The position numbers were made by a program, and so were the translations under genes. From the NCBI GenBank assembly GCA_964016885.1, contig OZ024764.1, positions 21,328,001-21,392,000 of the forward strand: a stretch of DNA of 64,000 bases. The letters are read 5' to 3'. Positions 24,535 to 38,112 of this stretch are shown piece by piece; position 1 is the first letter of the stretch; each line of letters opens with the position of its first letter. The stretch comes from Eledone cirrhosa (lineage: Eukaryota). Under the pieces are notes generated by a model. That model was given only the letters and a program-made list of their open reading frames with translations, made no database searches and was not told the DNA's origin.

Positions 24535-26067
24535 ATGTAGAAAAATATAGTAAAATCACCATTCCACTGTGATATCTGTGGTAAATCATTCTCTCGTAGT
24601 AATCAGCTAACTACTCCCAAACGTATTCATACAGGAGAGAAGCCTTATCACTGTGAAATCTGTGGTAAATCATTCAGTTACGGTAGTAGCATCAGAGTTC
24701 ACAAGCAAATTCATACAGGAGAGAAGCCACATCACTGTGACATCTGTAGTAAATCATTCTCTTGCAGAGATAGCTTAACTGATCACAAACGTATTCATAC
24801 AGGAGAGAAGCCACATCACTGTGACATCTGTTGTAAATCATTCTCTTGCAGAGATAGCTTAACTACTCACAAACGTATTCATACAGGAGAGAAGCCATAT
24901 CACTGTGATATCTGCGGTAAATCATTCGCTGACAGAAGTTGCTTAGCTACCCACAGACGTACTCATACAGGAGAGAAGCCATATCACTGTGACATCTGCG
25001 GTAATTCATTCTCTCAGAGCAATCACCTAACTACTCACAAACGTATTCATACAGGAGAGAAGACATATCAGTGTGACATCTGTGGTAATTCATTCTCTCG
25101 TAGTGATAACCTAACTACTCACAAACGTACTCATACGGGAGACAAACCATATCACTGTGACATCTGTGGTAAATCATTTGCTGACAGAAGTTGCTTAGCT
25201 ACCCACAGACGTACTCATACAGGAGAGAAGCCATATCACTGTGACATCTGCGGTAATTCATTCTCTCATAGTAATAACCTAACTACTCACAAACGTATTC
25301 ATACAGGAGAGAAGCCATATCAGTGTGACATCTGTGGTAATTCATTCTCTCATAGTAATAACCTAACTACTCACAAACGTACTCATACAGGAGAGAAGCC
25401 ATATCACTGTGACATCTGTGGTAAATCATTCTCTCGTAATCACCTAACTCTCCACAAACGTACTCATACAGGAGAGAAGCCATATCACTGTGACATCTGT
25501 GGTAAATCATTCTCTCATAGTAATCTCCTAACTATCCACAAACGTACTCATACAGGAGAGAAGCCATATCACTGTGACATCTGTGGTAAATCATTCTCTC
25601 AAAGTAATCACCTAACTCTCCACAAACGTACTCATACAGGAGAGAAGCCATATCACTGTGACATCTGTGGTAAATCATTCTCTCGTAGTAATCACCTAAC
25701 TCTCCACAAACGTACTCATACAGGAGAGAAGCCATATCACTGTGACATCTGTGGTAAATCATTCTCTCATAGTAATCTCCTAACTCTCCACAAACGTACT
25801 CATACAGGAGAGAAGCCATATCACTGTGACATCTGTGGTAAATCATTCTCTCGTAGTAATCACCTAACTATCCACAAACGTACTCATACAGGAGAGAAGC
25901 CATATCACTGTGACATCTGTGGTAAATCATTCTCTCATAGTAATCACCTAACTCTCCACAAACGTACTCATACAGGAGAGAAGCCATATCACTGTGACAT
26001 CTGTGGTAAATCATTCTCTCTTAGAGGTAACTTAACCAGGCATGTGCGTATTCATACAGAAGTTTAG
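24535..26067 (+). pseudogene. C2H2 zinc-finger gene B: 18 fingers, codon 2 is TAG
   Basis: ATG TAG AAA AAT (paralogs ATG TCG AAA AAT); frame then open to TAG 26065-26067; finger 1 His>Pro; finger 11 has an in-frame 3-nt deletion; no internal Met seen. Confidence 0.85.
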
Positions 26068-26691
26068 CTGTGTCAATATCAAACTCATTACATCATACTA
26101 CTACAACAAATGTGTAGATCCATCATCCTTGCTAAAACTGGGGTCAACCTTGTAGGTTTTACCTAGGACAGGGATCATAAACACCAGGTTTCCATTTTTG
26201 AAGCAGTGTTTGAAGATTTTGTGTAAATTAAAGTTTTTCACATTAAACTTTGATTTATTATACTTTAACAGGTAAGATATATATTTGTATTTTTAGTAAA
26301 GGTTGGGAACTTCTGTAATTTAAACCTGCCAATAAAATGAAAACTTTTGTTGTTGCTAGTCAGACATTGGTATTAATTCTATTGTCCTGTACATTGTCTC
26401 AAATATCACAGATTAAACAGATTTTAACAACATCAACAGAAATCAATAACTTGTAAGCCTAATATCTAGCTTCCATTTTAACTATTTGATATTGTTGTTC
26501 CCCTCCTGTCTCTTCAGGTCTTTTAGATTTCAACTTCTATCTACTGTACTATTCCATCACCAAGGCAACATTCATCTGGCTGGCAGCTTACATCAACTAC
26601 AGATCTCATCAGTGGTTCACAACAAGCTGGCTGAAAGAAACTTCCAGATATCTTCTATATCATAGCTATCAATCTCCTCCTCCTTATCATA

Positions 26692-27210
26692 TGTACCACT
26701 CTCACAGTCCCTCTAGATCTTATATTTAACAAGGAGATCTTTTACTATCTCTACCCTTTTCTCTAGGTTGTCTTGTACCACTCTCACAGTCCCTCTAGAT
26801 CTTATATTTAACGGGGAGATTCTTTACTGTCTCTACTCTTTTCTCTAGGTTGTCTTGTACCTCTCTCACAGTCCCTATATATATCTTATATTTAACAGGG
26901 AGATTTTTTACTATCCCTACCCTTTTCTCCAGATTGTCTTGTATCTCTTTTACAGTCCCTCTAGATCTTATATTTAACAGGGAGATCTTTTACTAGCCCT
27001 ACCCTTTTCTCTAGGTTTTCTTTTACCTCTCTCACAGTCCCTCTAGATCTTATATTTAACAGGGAGATCTTTTACTCTCCAACCCTTTTCTCTAGGTCGT
27101 CTTGTACCTCCCTCACAATCCCTGTAGATCTTATATTTAACAGGGAGATCTTTTACTCTCCAACCCTTCTACAGATAGTCTTGTATATGTCATTACCTCT
27201 AGATCTTACA
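26692..27210. repeat. 82-bp minisatellite (about 6 copies)
   Basis: Same unit as 3772-4185. Confidence 0.9.
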
Positions 27211-27485
27211 CCTCGTATCTAGTCTATGTTGAGTGGTACGTCTTTCTCCAGTAAAGGAGTTAATATTCCCAACCATCTGTCTATCCTGTTTTCTGATGAG
27301 AATGAAGTCAATCTAGTTTATCTCTTCACCTGATTGAAGTAACTAGATGGTTTCCTGTAAGTTAGTGTTGCAGTGTTTGTGTCACCATGTAAGGTTTATA
27401 TCTATTAATATAGAGATGTAGTAAAGTTTTCACTGTTGTATCTCTACTTTCTAAATATCTTAATAATGTTTCTCTACTATTTCAG

Positions 27486-27925
27486 AATATCACATGACCT
27501 TGACAGAAAAGAGTCTTTTAAAGACAACAGAAAGATGTTACATACAAGTGATATAAACTTGTTTAGTCTGTGGTGAATTATGGTGAAATATTTCTTCTGA
27601 ATTGAGATAAATATTTTCCTTTTTCACTGTCTGGAATATTTACAAGATGATTTTACATTCTGATTAAACTTTAGATATTTACAAAGGAGTTTTCAAAATA
27701 TTTGGATATTGACAAAGATCACATTTGGTAAAAATTATGAACAATAGAAATATTTACATCAACATAGGAATATTTTCCAGAAGAGATGGGAAAATCATTA
27801 TACCACTGTAATATTTGTGGTAAAGTATTCTCTCTTCTTTATATGTAGAACATCTAACTAAACACTTGAACTAACAAACTATTGTGCTATAGAATTGACA
27901 AACTTGAGCAATGTTTAATAAATGT
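27486..27925 (+). pseudogene. Relic ZNF exon, unit B
   Basis: Paralog of 4473-4914; ATG 27786 MGKSLYHCNICGKVFS. Confidence 0.65.
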
Positions 27926-27976
27926 TACAGATTTCTCCAAACTGTCGTTTACTAACTTTAATTTGAAGCTATATTA

Positions 27977-28333
27977 TCTATATACTACTAAAACTCTGTG
28001 ATTGTGTCTTGTCTAATTTAATACAGCTAAAACAGTGCATAATGGGGAAATACTTTGAAAAGAATAAAACAATTTTTGTATAAATTGGAGCACAGGTTCC
28101 CAAGATTCAAGGTTTTCTGGGTACCTTGATATATATAGGGAGAGAAAGAGATAGTGGTTGTGAGAGTGAGGAGACAGATGGAAGAGAGAGAGCTGGTGGT
28201 GTTGTTTAATAAAATGTGTGTGTGTATATATATATATACGTATGTATATTTTAACTATTTAAAAATTATTTTTAAATGACTTTTAAAAAATAGTTTTAAG
28301 GGAACGTCACCCAACAGGTCCCGGGTGGTCTAG
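27977..28333 (+). mobile_element. Non-autonomous Helitron (duplicated with the unit)
   Basis: TC...CTAG between A and T, as 4969-5331. Confidence 0.7.
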
Positions 28334-28939
28334 TTTGTTACTAAATACTAGATATTAGAGGGTCATGTTGTTCTAGATGTGCTGGAAGAGCCATTCCATC
28401 TTGTGAGGTTCACACCAGCAGCTAGCCACCTCAGCACCTATGGTGGTATATTTATCATATTATTTATTCTTTATCATTAACATTAATATAAAAGATAATT
28501 ATATATTTTTAGAGAAGAACCTCTAATTTTATATAGCTTAGGGCTTCAGTAGGTAAAGTCTGGCTCTGCTTGTCTTGTATTTTTTAGGGGAGAAGTTAGG
28601 GAATATTGTTATCGTGTGAAAGTTTTCTAAATCTTCTTCAACCACTAACATGGAGAAGATATTTCAGTAAAAAGGTTCACATCCTGACATCTATAGCTGT
28701 TAACAATGAGATTGGAATTCATTATTAAACAAATGTTATATCATCATCATTGTTTAACAACAGTTTTTTCACTCTGGCATAGGTTAGACGAGTTATCCTG
28801 TTGTAAGCAATGCCAGGTCAGGTGACCACGTGTTGCTCCTACAGAACAAATTTTGGATTGGTTTCTACAGCTGGATGCCCTTCCTAGCACCAACCTTATT
28901 TACATTGAGTACTGGGTGCATTTTACCATCTCACCATCA

Positions 28940-29270
28940 CGACCACTTTACAGTGTGGGCTGGGTGCTTTTTGTTGTGACACCTACATGACCACTTTAAA
29001 GTTTTGACTGGGTGCTTTTTGTCGTGACACCTACATGACCACTTTATAGTGTGGACTGGGTACTTTTTGTTGTGACACCAACATGACCACTTTAAAGTTT
29101 TGGCTGGGTACTTTTTGTTGTCACCTACATGACCACTTTACAGTGTGGGCTGGGTGCTTTTTGTCATATCACCTACATGACCACCTTATAATGTTCACTG
29201 TGTTCTTTGCAGTGTGGGTTGGGTGCTTTTTGTCATATCACCTACCCAACCACTTTGCAGTGTGGGCAGT
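28940..29270. repeat. About 48-bp minisatellite (about 7 copies)
   Basis: GACCACTTTACAGTGTGGGCTGGGTGCTTTTTGTTGTGACACCTACAT-like units. Confidence 0.85.
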
Positions 29271-30074
29271 GAAATATCAGTAATGCACCAGCTCCAATAT
29301 TCAGTAATCAGAAGAAGGGAGGTAGGCATAAAAGCCAAACTTGCTGTCTTCAATTAGGTTTTTGTGCCAACCCTTACCTATGGTCACATATCTTGGGTAA
29401 TGACCAAAAGAATATGATTGCGAATACAAGTGGCAGATATGGGATTCATCTGAAGGGTCTTTGAAGGAATGTTTCTCAATAAAGTGCATAGCTCTGAGAT
29501 CAGAGTGTCACTCCAGGTGGAGCTGTTACTTCTCCTAATTGAGACATCACAGCTGCAATACTATGGCCATGTGGTTAGAATGTCTGAGGAAAGAATCACT
29601 GGATAGATTTTACAGGCAAAACTAGCCAGGGGTAGACCTGAGCAAGATGGTCACATAACATCCATGAGCTTGGCTGGTCTCTCTGGGAGATCCAGCCAGA
29701 TCAGTTGGAGTGGGTTTCTTCTGACAGGACCTGTTGGATGGAGTGTTTGAGGACTGCCCCCAAGACCCTCTCTGGAATGACTGAATTAATAAGAAGAGGT
29801 TGAGGTTACATCATCAACATCAGATTTCCCTGCTAGCAAGGGTTTAATGAGTCTACTTCAACCAAGTAAGTACTGAAGTGAGGCTACTGATCTCCCAGAC
29901 AGACCAAGGATCTGAGACTTATTTACATAAGGTCTCATTTGCTACTGAGTGCACAGAAAAGGTTATGATTGAAGGGTTCTCCAACACTATTGTCGGGCAA
30001 GCTTTCTATGGCTAGATGTCCTTCACATGACCAACCACATTACAGCCTGTGTTGGGTGTGTTTATCATGTAGGT

Positions 30075-32100
30075 GAGGCATAACAAACTGAGGGTTCCCC
30101 AAGGGCCACATAGGTCACATGTGTTGTCTGAGGGTTGCACAGTGCAACTAATTATGTACACAACAACTAATTAAAGTCATTTAATAAAATTTAATATAAA
30201 AAGATTTGTTACTTAAATTTAGAAACATACAATGTACATACAAATGTTTTAGCAGCATTCATGAATACAAAGTAATGAAGTAGTTTGATAAAAAACTAAA
30301 ATTTAACATGTCAACATATACTTGCAGATTGTAACAGCAACAAATACATTGTACACAAATAACAACAGTTGAAAACTGAACATTTATTTGCTACTATTCA
30401 ACTATTTTTAGTGTTTTGTCCTGAGGCTTGACACTTCTTTCTGTTGACTATTTTTGGTATCTCTGGCTGAAATGTCTGTACAGTTTCAACTTTAATCAGA
30501 GATGACAAGTGTTGATCTGTCAACCTTGTTCTCTGAGAAGTTTTTGTTAAGCTAAGTACAGACTCAGTATGGGCAGTGATTTTCAGCTCTTTGCACATAA
30601 GAAAATGAATTAAATTTTCATCTGACAACGGAGACTTCCATAAGCTAAGTTTTCTAATGAAGAACTTGATGTCATCATACAACTGAGTGATGGGTTTGTT
30701 TTTACCTTGTAATTTCAAATTAAGGTCAGTTAATTGTGCAGTAATATCCACAAATAAAGCCAGATGTTGGAGCCAACTTTCATCTTTTATTTCATCTGTG
30801 TTTTGACTTTTCATCTCCAAAAACATAATTATTTCAGCACTTTGTGACATGTCAACCAGCAGACTTCTGTGTTGAATGGAACATTGGTGAACTGATTATC
30901 CATATCTTCCAACAACTGGCTGAACTGACGGTGGTTGAGAGCATGGCCTCTGATTTAGTTCACTGTCTTTGTGACCAAGCTAAGCACATGATGCAATTTT
31001 AAAATCTTTGAACATAAATTTTGCTGATGAATAATAGTGAAAATGTGCAAATGATGAATCTAGATATGAGTTTTCTATTTTTGTTTGTAACTTGGCAGCA
31101 ACACCATTATGTCTACCAACCATATTTGCAGCACTGTCAGTAGATAAACATGCAAGTTTACTCAGATCAAAACCATGCAGACCCTGCTTAACCTTCTCAA
31201 AGATGTCCTGGCTCGTTATAGTGTCATGCATGGGGACCAGTTCAATCAGTTCTTCATAAATATTAAATTCACTGTCACAGGCCCTGATGAAGAATGCAAG
31301 CTGTACTATTTCAGTGATGTCAACAGTCTCTTCAATAGCAATAGAAACATGTTCAAACCTTGATGATACAGCCTTTAACTGTTGTTTCAGATCACCTGAC
31401 ATTTCATTAATCTGTTCAGCAACAGTGTTACTCGTTAATGAAATGTCTTTGAATAACTCTGCTTTCTCTGTACAATTTCAGCTGTTTTTACAAGACATTG
31501 CTTCACAAAATCTCCTTCACTGTAAGATTTCCCACTCATGGCAATCATTCGACTGAGTTCATAGCTTGCAGTAACGGAAGTGACATTCTCTTCCTGAATT
31601 AACATAAAACAGGTCTATTGCTGTGTCAAGTTAGACTTCAATTCCTTGAGTCTTGAAACACACATTGGGCCTTCATATTTATCGTAAGATCGAGGGTTTC
31701 TTTCATAATGTCTTTTTAAATTGTACTCTTTTGGCGTGGAGATGTAGTTGTTGCAAATTAAACAGTGTATCTTTCTGTTCACCATTGGGCAAAAATACTG
31801 TAATTCCCACTTTTCTTGAAACACTTGCCCTTCTTCGTTCAATTTCCTTTTTCTCTTAGCTGGAGGAGCACTAACCATTTCAAACCCAAAAACTTTTGAA
31901 ATTTTGAAAGAAAGTTTTCTGTTAATGAACTGCACGTGATTAATGGAAGTTAAAAGTAGTTGACAAAAATTGCACAAAAAAAACAATTGTATCGAAAAAT
32001 TTTTAAATTTTATATTACGAAAATGAAACATGCTCGCATGTAAAAACCTTTGTGTGGGCCGCAGGTTTGCTTGCAAAGGGCCGCATGTTTGACAGGTCTG
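30075..32100 (-). mobile_element. hAT (Charlie/Buster/SPIN, GTF2IRD2-like) transposon, defective
   Basis: MVSAPPAKRKRK..FQEKWELQYF..CLIC..KEYNLKRHY, LSTDSAANMVG, SQRTRLTDQHL; 5' end CAGACCTGTCAAAC; TSD ATGTAGGT/ATGTGGGT. Confidence 0.9.
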
Positions 32101-32239
32101 ATGTGGGTTACCAACACTAGGGAGGGCAGCATGTCCTTCAATGTCTTCTGCTACATTAACTACCAGGAGGTCACCACATGACACAAAGACATTTCAAAGA
32201 AGGGTCACAAAAGAACTAAATACAAAAGTACCCACAATT

Positions 32240-32600
32240 CAGCAAAAAGCAAATAATTGAGCTTTGGGTCTAGGTTAATGGGGCAGAAGTGCTGTGGCCT
32301 GTGGACAAGACTACAAAAGTATCCCCCACCCCCTGGACGATGGACAGTTACACCCACTGGAACAGCCACCCCAACCTCATGGGGCTCCCTCTTCAGAAGA
32401 GCCACCAACGTTCTGATCTTGCAGAGGAGCTTGGCAGTACGGGGTCCAAGTACTTCTGAGGTCTCGATGGTGACCGGTGTGAAGAGACCTACAATTGATG
32501 TCATCCCAGTTATGTTGGACTGTAATATACTGGGGTATAGAGAGGCCTTAACCTGTCTCAGCCGGGCCACCCAGGGTTGTGTCATCTAGGTACCAGACAG
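32240..32600 (-). mobile_element. Remnant of the 3' endonuclease region of a CRE-like element
   Basis: LFTPVTIETSEVLGPRTAKLL resembles IFQPVAFETFGGVGPLTARFL at about 17620-17690; copies at about 46100-46420 and 62890-63230. Confidence 0.5.
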
Positions 32601-32917
32601 GGGTGACTAGACCATGTTGTCAACTGTCAGCACCAATAGGAGTGAGGTAAGTGGGACCCCTTGCTAGACACCATATATAAAAACGTATTTGCTAATTACT
32701 TTAGTGAATAATTTGTTTCATACGTAATTATTACTTTTAACACAATAGGATTTTGTACACGTGTTTGTTTGAAAACATCTTTCAAAGAAGTATGAGACAG
32801 TCTTTTGTAGTGTTTATTATAATAAATTACTGTATGTTGAGCTGATTTAACTTCTCCACCTTCTATTATTTTATATTGTTTTTGTAAAAAAACGATATCT
32901 TTTTCATATATATATAT

Positions 32918-33132
32918 GAAGGCGTGTGGCTGAGTGGTTAGAGAATTAGATTCGGAATTGTGAGGTTGTGAGTTCGATTCCCAGACCGGGCGATGCGTTA
33001 TGTCCTTGAGCAAGACATTTTATTTCACGTTGCTCCTTCTACCTGGAGTTGCGACCGATAGATAGTATTAGCAATTGGAAAGACCAATGGAAACATTGTT
33101 TCCTCGGTCCGATTTGACGAAAAGTCGATCAT
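32918..33132 (+). mobile_element. tRNA-derived SINE with CORE-like domain
   Basis: A box TGGCTGAGTGG, B box GTTCGATTCCC, CCTTGAGCAAGACATTT CORE-like motif. Confidence 0.8.
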
Positions 33133-34107
33133 AAAATATATATAGAGAGAGAGAGAAACACACAAACATACACTACTGTATTTAATATGTAAGGGGAGAC
33201 AACTCTCGTTACACCCCCCCTTCTTTTTGATATACGTCAATTAAATACTTTGTTCAATGGAACCTGCTTTATTTTGTGTCCTAAGTAGATTTCTGTTTAA
33301 GTATTTACGAGATTCACAATGATTCACGTAACCAAGTTACTTACATAGAGATATATTTCACATAGAATCACAACAAATGAAAATATTAAGTCAACACTCT
33401 GTCAATCAGTCTCACATCACATGGGGTGCCGGAGTCTCCCTCTAATAATTTCTGAGACAGTCTTACCTCGAGTGATAGCAAGGCTAAGATGTTGGAACTA
33501 CCAAACACCCTCATATGTATCACCTGACACCTCGGTAAGGAGAGCTGCCAACGATAACAAGAACCTCGTTGTCAGGGACCTATCTCCTCCAAACTTCTCC
33601 AACACCACAGACTAGAATATTCTACTCTTTATTCCCTATCAAATATATTTCAGTCTAGTCATTTATCTTGTATGTTGTATATATATTTTCAAAACTAACT
33701 GTCACATTTGTGAGACCCCAGTTAGTGATGTTTTCGTCTCCCTCCCACATCCTACATGCTGTAGTAAAAGTGAGGGTCACTGCTTCTGTGGACGAACGAA
33801 ATAAAAGTTAAAATACCAGTAATTATCGGCAAAGTATTTATTCCAGTCTGTGATGTTTGAGAAGCTGGGCTGCTGACAACGAAGTTGTTGTCACTGTTGG
33901 CGGCTGGCTTTACCGAAGTACCCGATGACTCTTGTGAGGGTACTTAGCTGTTCTGGTGGTTTAGCCTCCACATGACCCGATCTTACCGAGATACACGGTG
34001 ATCTCTGTAAGAGTACTTAGCTGTTCTATTTTAATTACATTTACTGTTTTCAACGTTATTTTTTTCTATCACAAACTTTAGATAATTTAATTCGGTAAAA
34101 ATATTTT

Positions 34108-34240
34108 TACGTCACAAAAAAACTTGACCTTTGACATTGAAGCATGCGCAGTGGTGCAGTTGTCGACTTCCTGTCCACGTGTCAGTCTTCCTACAACAAC
34201 ATTTCTGTAAATACTAAACACCTGAGACTATAATGTAAGT
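34108..34240 (+). promoter_or_regulatory. Putative promoter and exon 1 of ZNF-C
   Basis: TGACCTTTGAC, GCATGCGCAG 34142, ACTTCCTG 34166, CACGTG 34176, GTAAGT 34235. Confidence 0.65.
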
Positions 34241-34277
34241 ATTATGTCTATTAATATTATGTCTATTAATATTAATA

Positions 34278-34462
34278 GGGCGGTCGTTTGGCAGTATCGG
34301 TAGAGGGTCGGACGCCATGCTTTCCAGCATAGTTACGTCCCTTTACGATCTGAGTTCAAATCCCGCCGAGGTTGACTTTGCCTTTCATCCTTACGGGGTC
34401 GATAAAATAAAGTACCAGTAATGCACTGGGTAATTGCTGGCCTTGTGCCAAAAGTAGAAACA
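34278..34462 (+). mobile_element. tRNA-derived SINE inserted just after the exon 1 donor of unit C
   Basis: Flanked by ATTATGTCTATTAATATT duplication (34256-34273 and 34463-34480); absent in B and D. Confidence 0.85.
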
Positions 34463-35439
34463 ATTATGTCTATTAATATTGTAGATTTAAGCTCACTTTT
34501 CACATCACAAATATATATTTTCTTGTTTGTTTCATTACTGGAAATATAAAATGTTATCGTAATTATCTATATTTTACCTACCTCTAATTAATTAAAGTGA
34601 AAACTTTTGTTGTTGCTGAAAAATAAATTAACAAAACTAAATATTTAAATATTCTAAAGGTCGTTTTTATATTATGTGATGATATAATTAATATATTTTA
34701 TTACAATTGTATAAATTTACAGTAGAATAACATTGTAAATATGTTTTAAATATATACATAAATAACATAAGTGTGTAAATAACATTATAAATTGCTGGCA
34801 ATTCCTTGAGAAAGACATTACAAATATATTGTCTAAACTGTGTATAATAATATAATTTATTGAACAATAATGATAAAGGAAAGAAAAACACAGTGGGAGA
34901 TGGCAATTGACCACCAAACGAGGTAAACATTTTCAACTTTCCCCTTTTTTTGCTTTGTCCGAGACAACTCAAAATATTCTTCAAGGAACTGGATTTTCCA
35001 TTCGGTTGGATCGAACGGATTTTACCATTTATAATCTACGGAGAGGAATAACAGATGTTCAGAGGAAAAAAGAATTGTTTGTGGCAACAACGTAGGGAAC
35101 CAACCTGGAGCAATTGTATCACACAATTATACTTTCCTCCTTAACATACACTTACAATTTTTCAAAATCAAACCCCCCAAATATGAAATATAAATAATTA
35201 TAAATGGCGAGGAACCATCCCATCTCCCTCTTGAAATAACCTGAATCTATTTATAGTCAGGTGTGACTGAAAGATCAATCCATACTTCCATTCTATTTCA
35301 CAGAATTAGAAGCTTTGACCACTTGATAGAATTCAGGTCCAGTAATGTAATCACTCCGTAATTGTAAACATCTTGTATCACTATCATTCAGGTTTTGATT
35401 TTACTTAAGTCTTGCCCATGTTTTTTTTTTTTTTTTCTT

Positions 35440-36323
35440 TTTTACACAAACTCACAATTTCGGTTTTTACTGCGGATTTACCCATGCGAACTATTACACA
35501 AACTCACAGCCTTAGATTTTGTATTTCTAGCGTTTTTATTTTCCTTCTCTTTGCATGTTCAGTGCTCTTTCTCTCCCACTGTATTTACCTGCCTCTCACA
35601 TGACCACACTCCTCTCCACGCACTCACCATCTTCTCACTCCTTCTCCACCTTCCATCCCTCCCCTTGCTCAACCCTTACTTCCTCCTCGCGCACAGCCCA
35701 CCTAGGTATTCGTTCAACCCGCCGGTGGCCCGATGTTTCGACCGAACTATCACCGGCGATTGCCGATTGCTAAAGTTGCCACCACTTTAACCTAGTCCAC
35801 TCTAGGTGGGGGTGGCATGCGTCGAACTACCAAGAGACCTGCTTGGTGGAACGACTATGTGACAACCGGTCAGCCTTAGACCTCTCATTCTCCACCAACT
35901 GCAGCACGCACCAGAGGAGCTAACTTGACCCCACCTACCCCTCCTCTCCTTCACGGCAGATTCCGAACGAATCCAACCCGGCCAACCACACCACCCCTAC
36001 AACTGTTAGCTCACTACCCAACCCCCGCTTTAGTCTCACCGTTAGAACCACTGCTGTCTCCTTTACTGACTCACTCCCTTCACCGAATTCCAACGCTGGC
36101 CCTCTACTGCCGGCTGTAGCCAGCCCGCCACCTGATTGCGCCCTCTGTGCTCGCACTAACCAGTACTTAAAGACAATTAAATGTCACCTATGCCACGCAA
36201 GCTACCACAGAAGCTGTGTCGGCATCACCAAAGCTCAAGCCGAAAGGCTTCAACACTGGACCTGCCACTTCAGCTCCGACTATTCCGTGGGGATGACCAA
36301 CACTCTACCGACGACTTTCCACA
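35440..36323 (+). mobile_element. 5' part of the CRE-like element, truncated by a deletion
   Basis: Near-identical to 14400-15289, then joins the VNTR. Confidence 0.8.
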
Positions 36324-36332
36324 ACTCCGACG

Positions 36333-37151
36333 ACTTTTATCAGTCAGTTTAATCTAATGTCACTAATAACTACTTTTATCTGTCAGTATAATCTAATGTC
36401 ACTAATAACTACTTTTATCTGTCAGTATAATCTAAAGCCACTAATAACTACTTTTATCTGTCAGTTTAATCTAATGTCACTAATAACTACTTTTATCTGT
36501 CAGTATAATCTACTGCCACTAATAACTACTTTTATCTGTCAGTATAATCTAATCTCACTAATAACTACTTTTATCAGTCAGTTTAATCTAATCTCACTAA
36601 TAACTACTTTTATCTGTCAGTATAATCTAATCTCACTAATAACTACTTTTATCAGTCAGTATAATCTAATCTCACTAATAACTACTTTTATCAGTCAGTT
36701 TAATCTAATGTCACTAATAACTACTTTTATCAGTCAGTATAATCTAATGTCACTAATAACTACTTTTATCAGTCAGTATAATCTAATCTCACTAATAACT
36801 ACTTTTATCAGTCAGTATAATCTAATCTCACTAATAACTACCTTTATCAGTCAGTATAATCTAATCTCACTAATAACTACTTTTATCAGTCAGTTTAATC
36901 TAATCTCACTAATAACTACTTTATTAGTCAGTTTAATATAATGTCACTAATAACTACTTTTATCAGTCAGTATAATCTAATGTCACTAATAACTACTTTT
37001 ATCAGTCAGTATAATCTAATGTCACTAATAACTACTTTTATCAGTCAGTTTAATCTAATGTCACTAATAACTACTTTTATCTGTCAGTATAATCTACTGC
37101 CACTAATAACTACTTTTATCAGTCAGTTTAATCTAATGTCACTAATAACTA
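36333..37151. repeat. 39-bp VNTR, unit C (about 21 copies)
   Basis: Same unit; rich in the AATCTAATCTC variant. Confidence 0.95.
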
Positions 37152-38112
37152 ACCTATGTTAGTCAGCACATTCTTCACCAAAGAAGGCCTTAGTATTTAT
37201 TACAGTCCATTTATCAATATAGAAATATTATATGAAATTTGTACTGATGTATTACAAGTTTCTGAGTATCTTATAATGTTCTTTTATTATTTCAGAATAC
37301 CAGAGGACATTGGCATTAAAGAGCACGTTACATCAGACATATCCTCAACATTAACCATTTCTAATGAAAGACACTACCCATCATTTTCAAATAATTTTGA
37401 AAACACTCAACACTTTGAAGGGATTTAATAATATAACTAAATTTCTCAGTATTAAGCTGCTATTTGGAACATAACTTTGCACAATCTCATGAAGTTACAA
37501 TGGAAAGTTTTTAGATAAATATAAAGACTGGTATGAAAAGGATAAAACACTTTTATATCAGTTGTTTCATCAACACTATTATTTAAAGATTAAAGGAAGC
37601 TGTTATACAGAACAGATACAACCTTGTTTATATAAATCTATGGGAGAAATACTGTGAAATATTTCTTGTAAACTCAATAACCCTTCTATTCTTTGCTGTC
37701 TGGAATATGTAGAAGATACAAAATAAAGCTGAAGAAATTTACACATGATTTTGTAAGATCTTCATATATTGACAAAGATGATAGTAGATGGAACTACAGG
37801 AGTAGAAATATTTCCATTATTACAGGAATAACTAATCAAATGAAAACTAGAAAAATTAGATTCTTCACTGTCTGGAATATGTACAAGATGATTTTATATG
37901 TATATTAAACTTGAAGAGATCTACAAAACAGTTTCTATCATCTTTAAATATAAAGAAAGACCAAGTTGATGGAAATATATCTGGAGGAATATGTTTTAGG
38001 AATAATATTATAAACATAAAGAAGAAAAATATCCATATATTGCGAGGAGAAAAATATTAAAACTGTGAATTATGTGAGAAACTGAGGTGATTGATATCTT
38101 TTAGTAGGAGTT

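Noticed and set aside
25532-25846. Antisense [20 protein letters not shown] (also 2190-2390)
   Set aside because: Shadow frame of the zinc-finger repeat.
32918-33000. tRNA gene
   Set aside because: A and B boxes continue into a SINE body; no complete cloverleaf or terminator seen.
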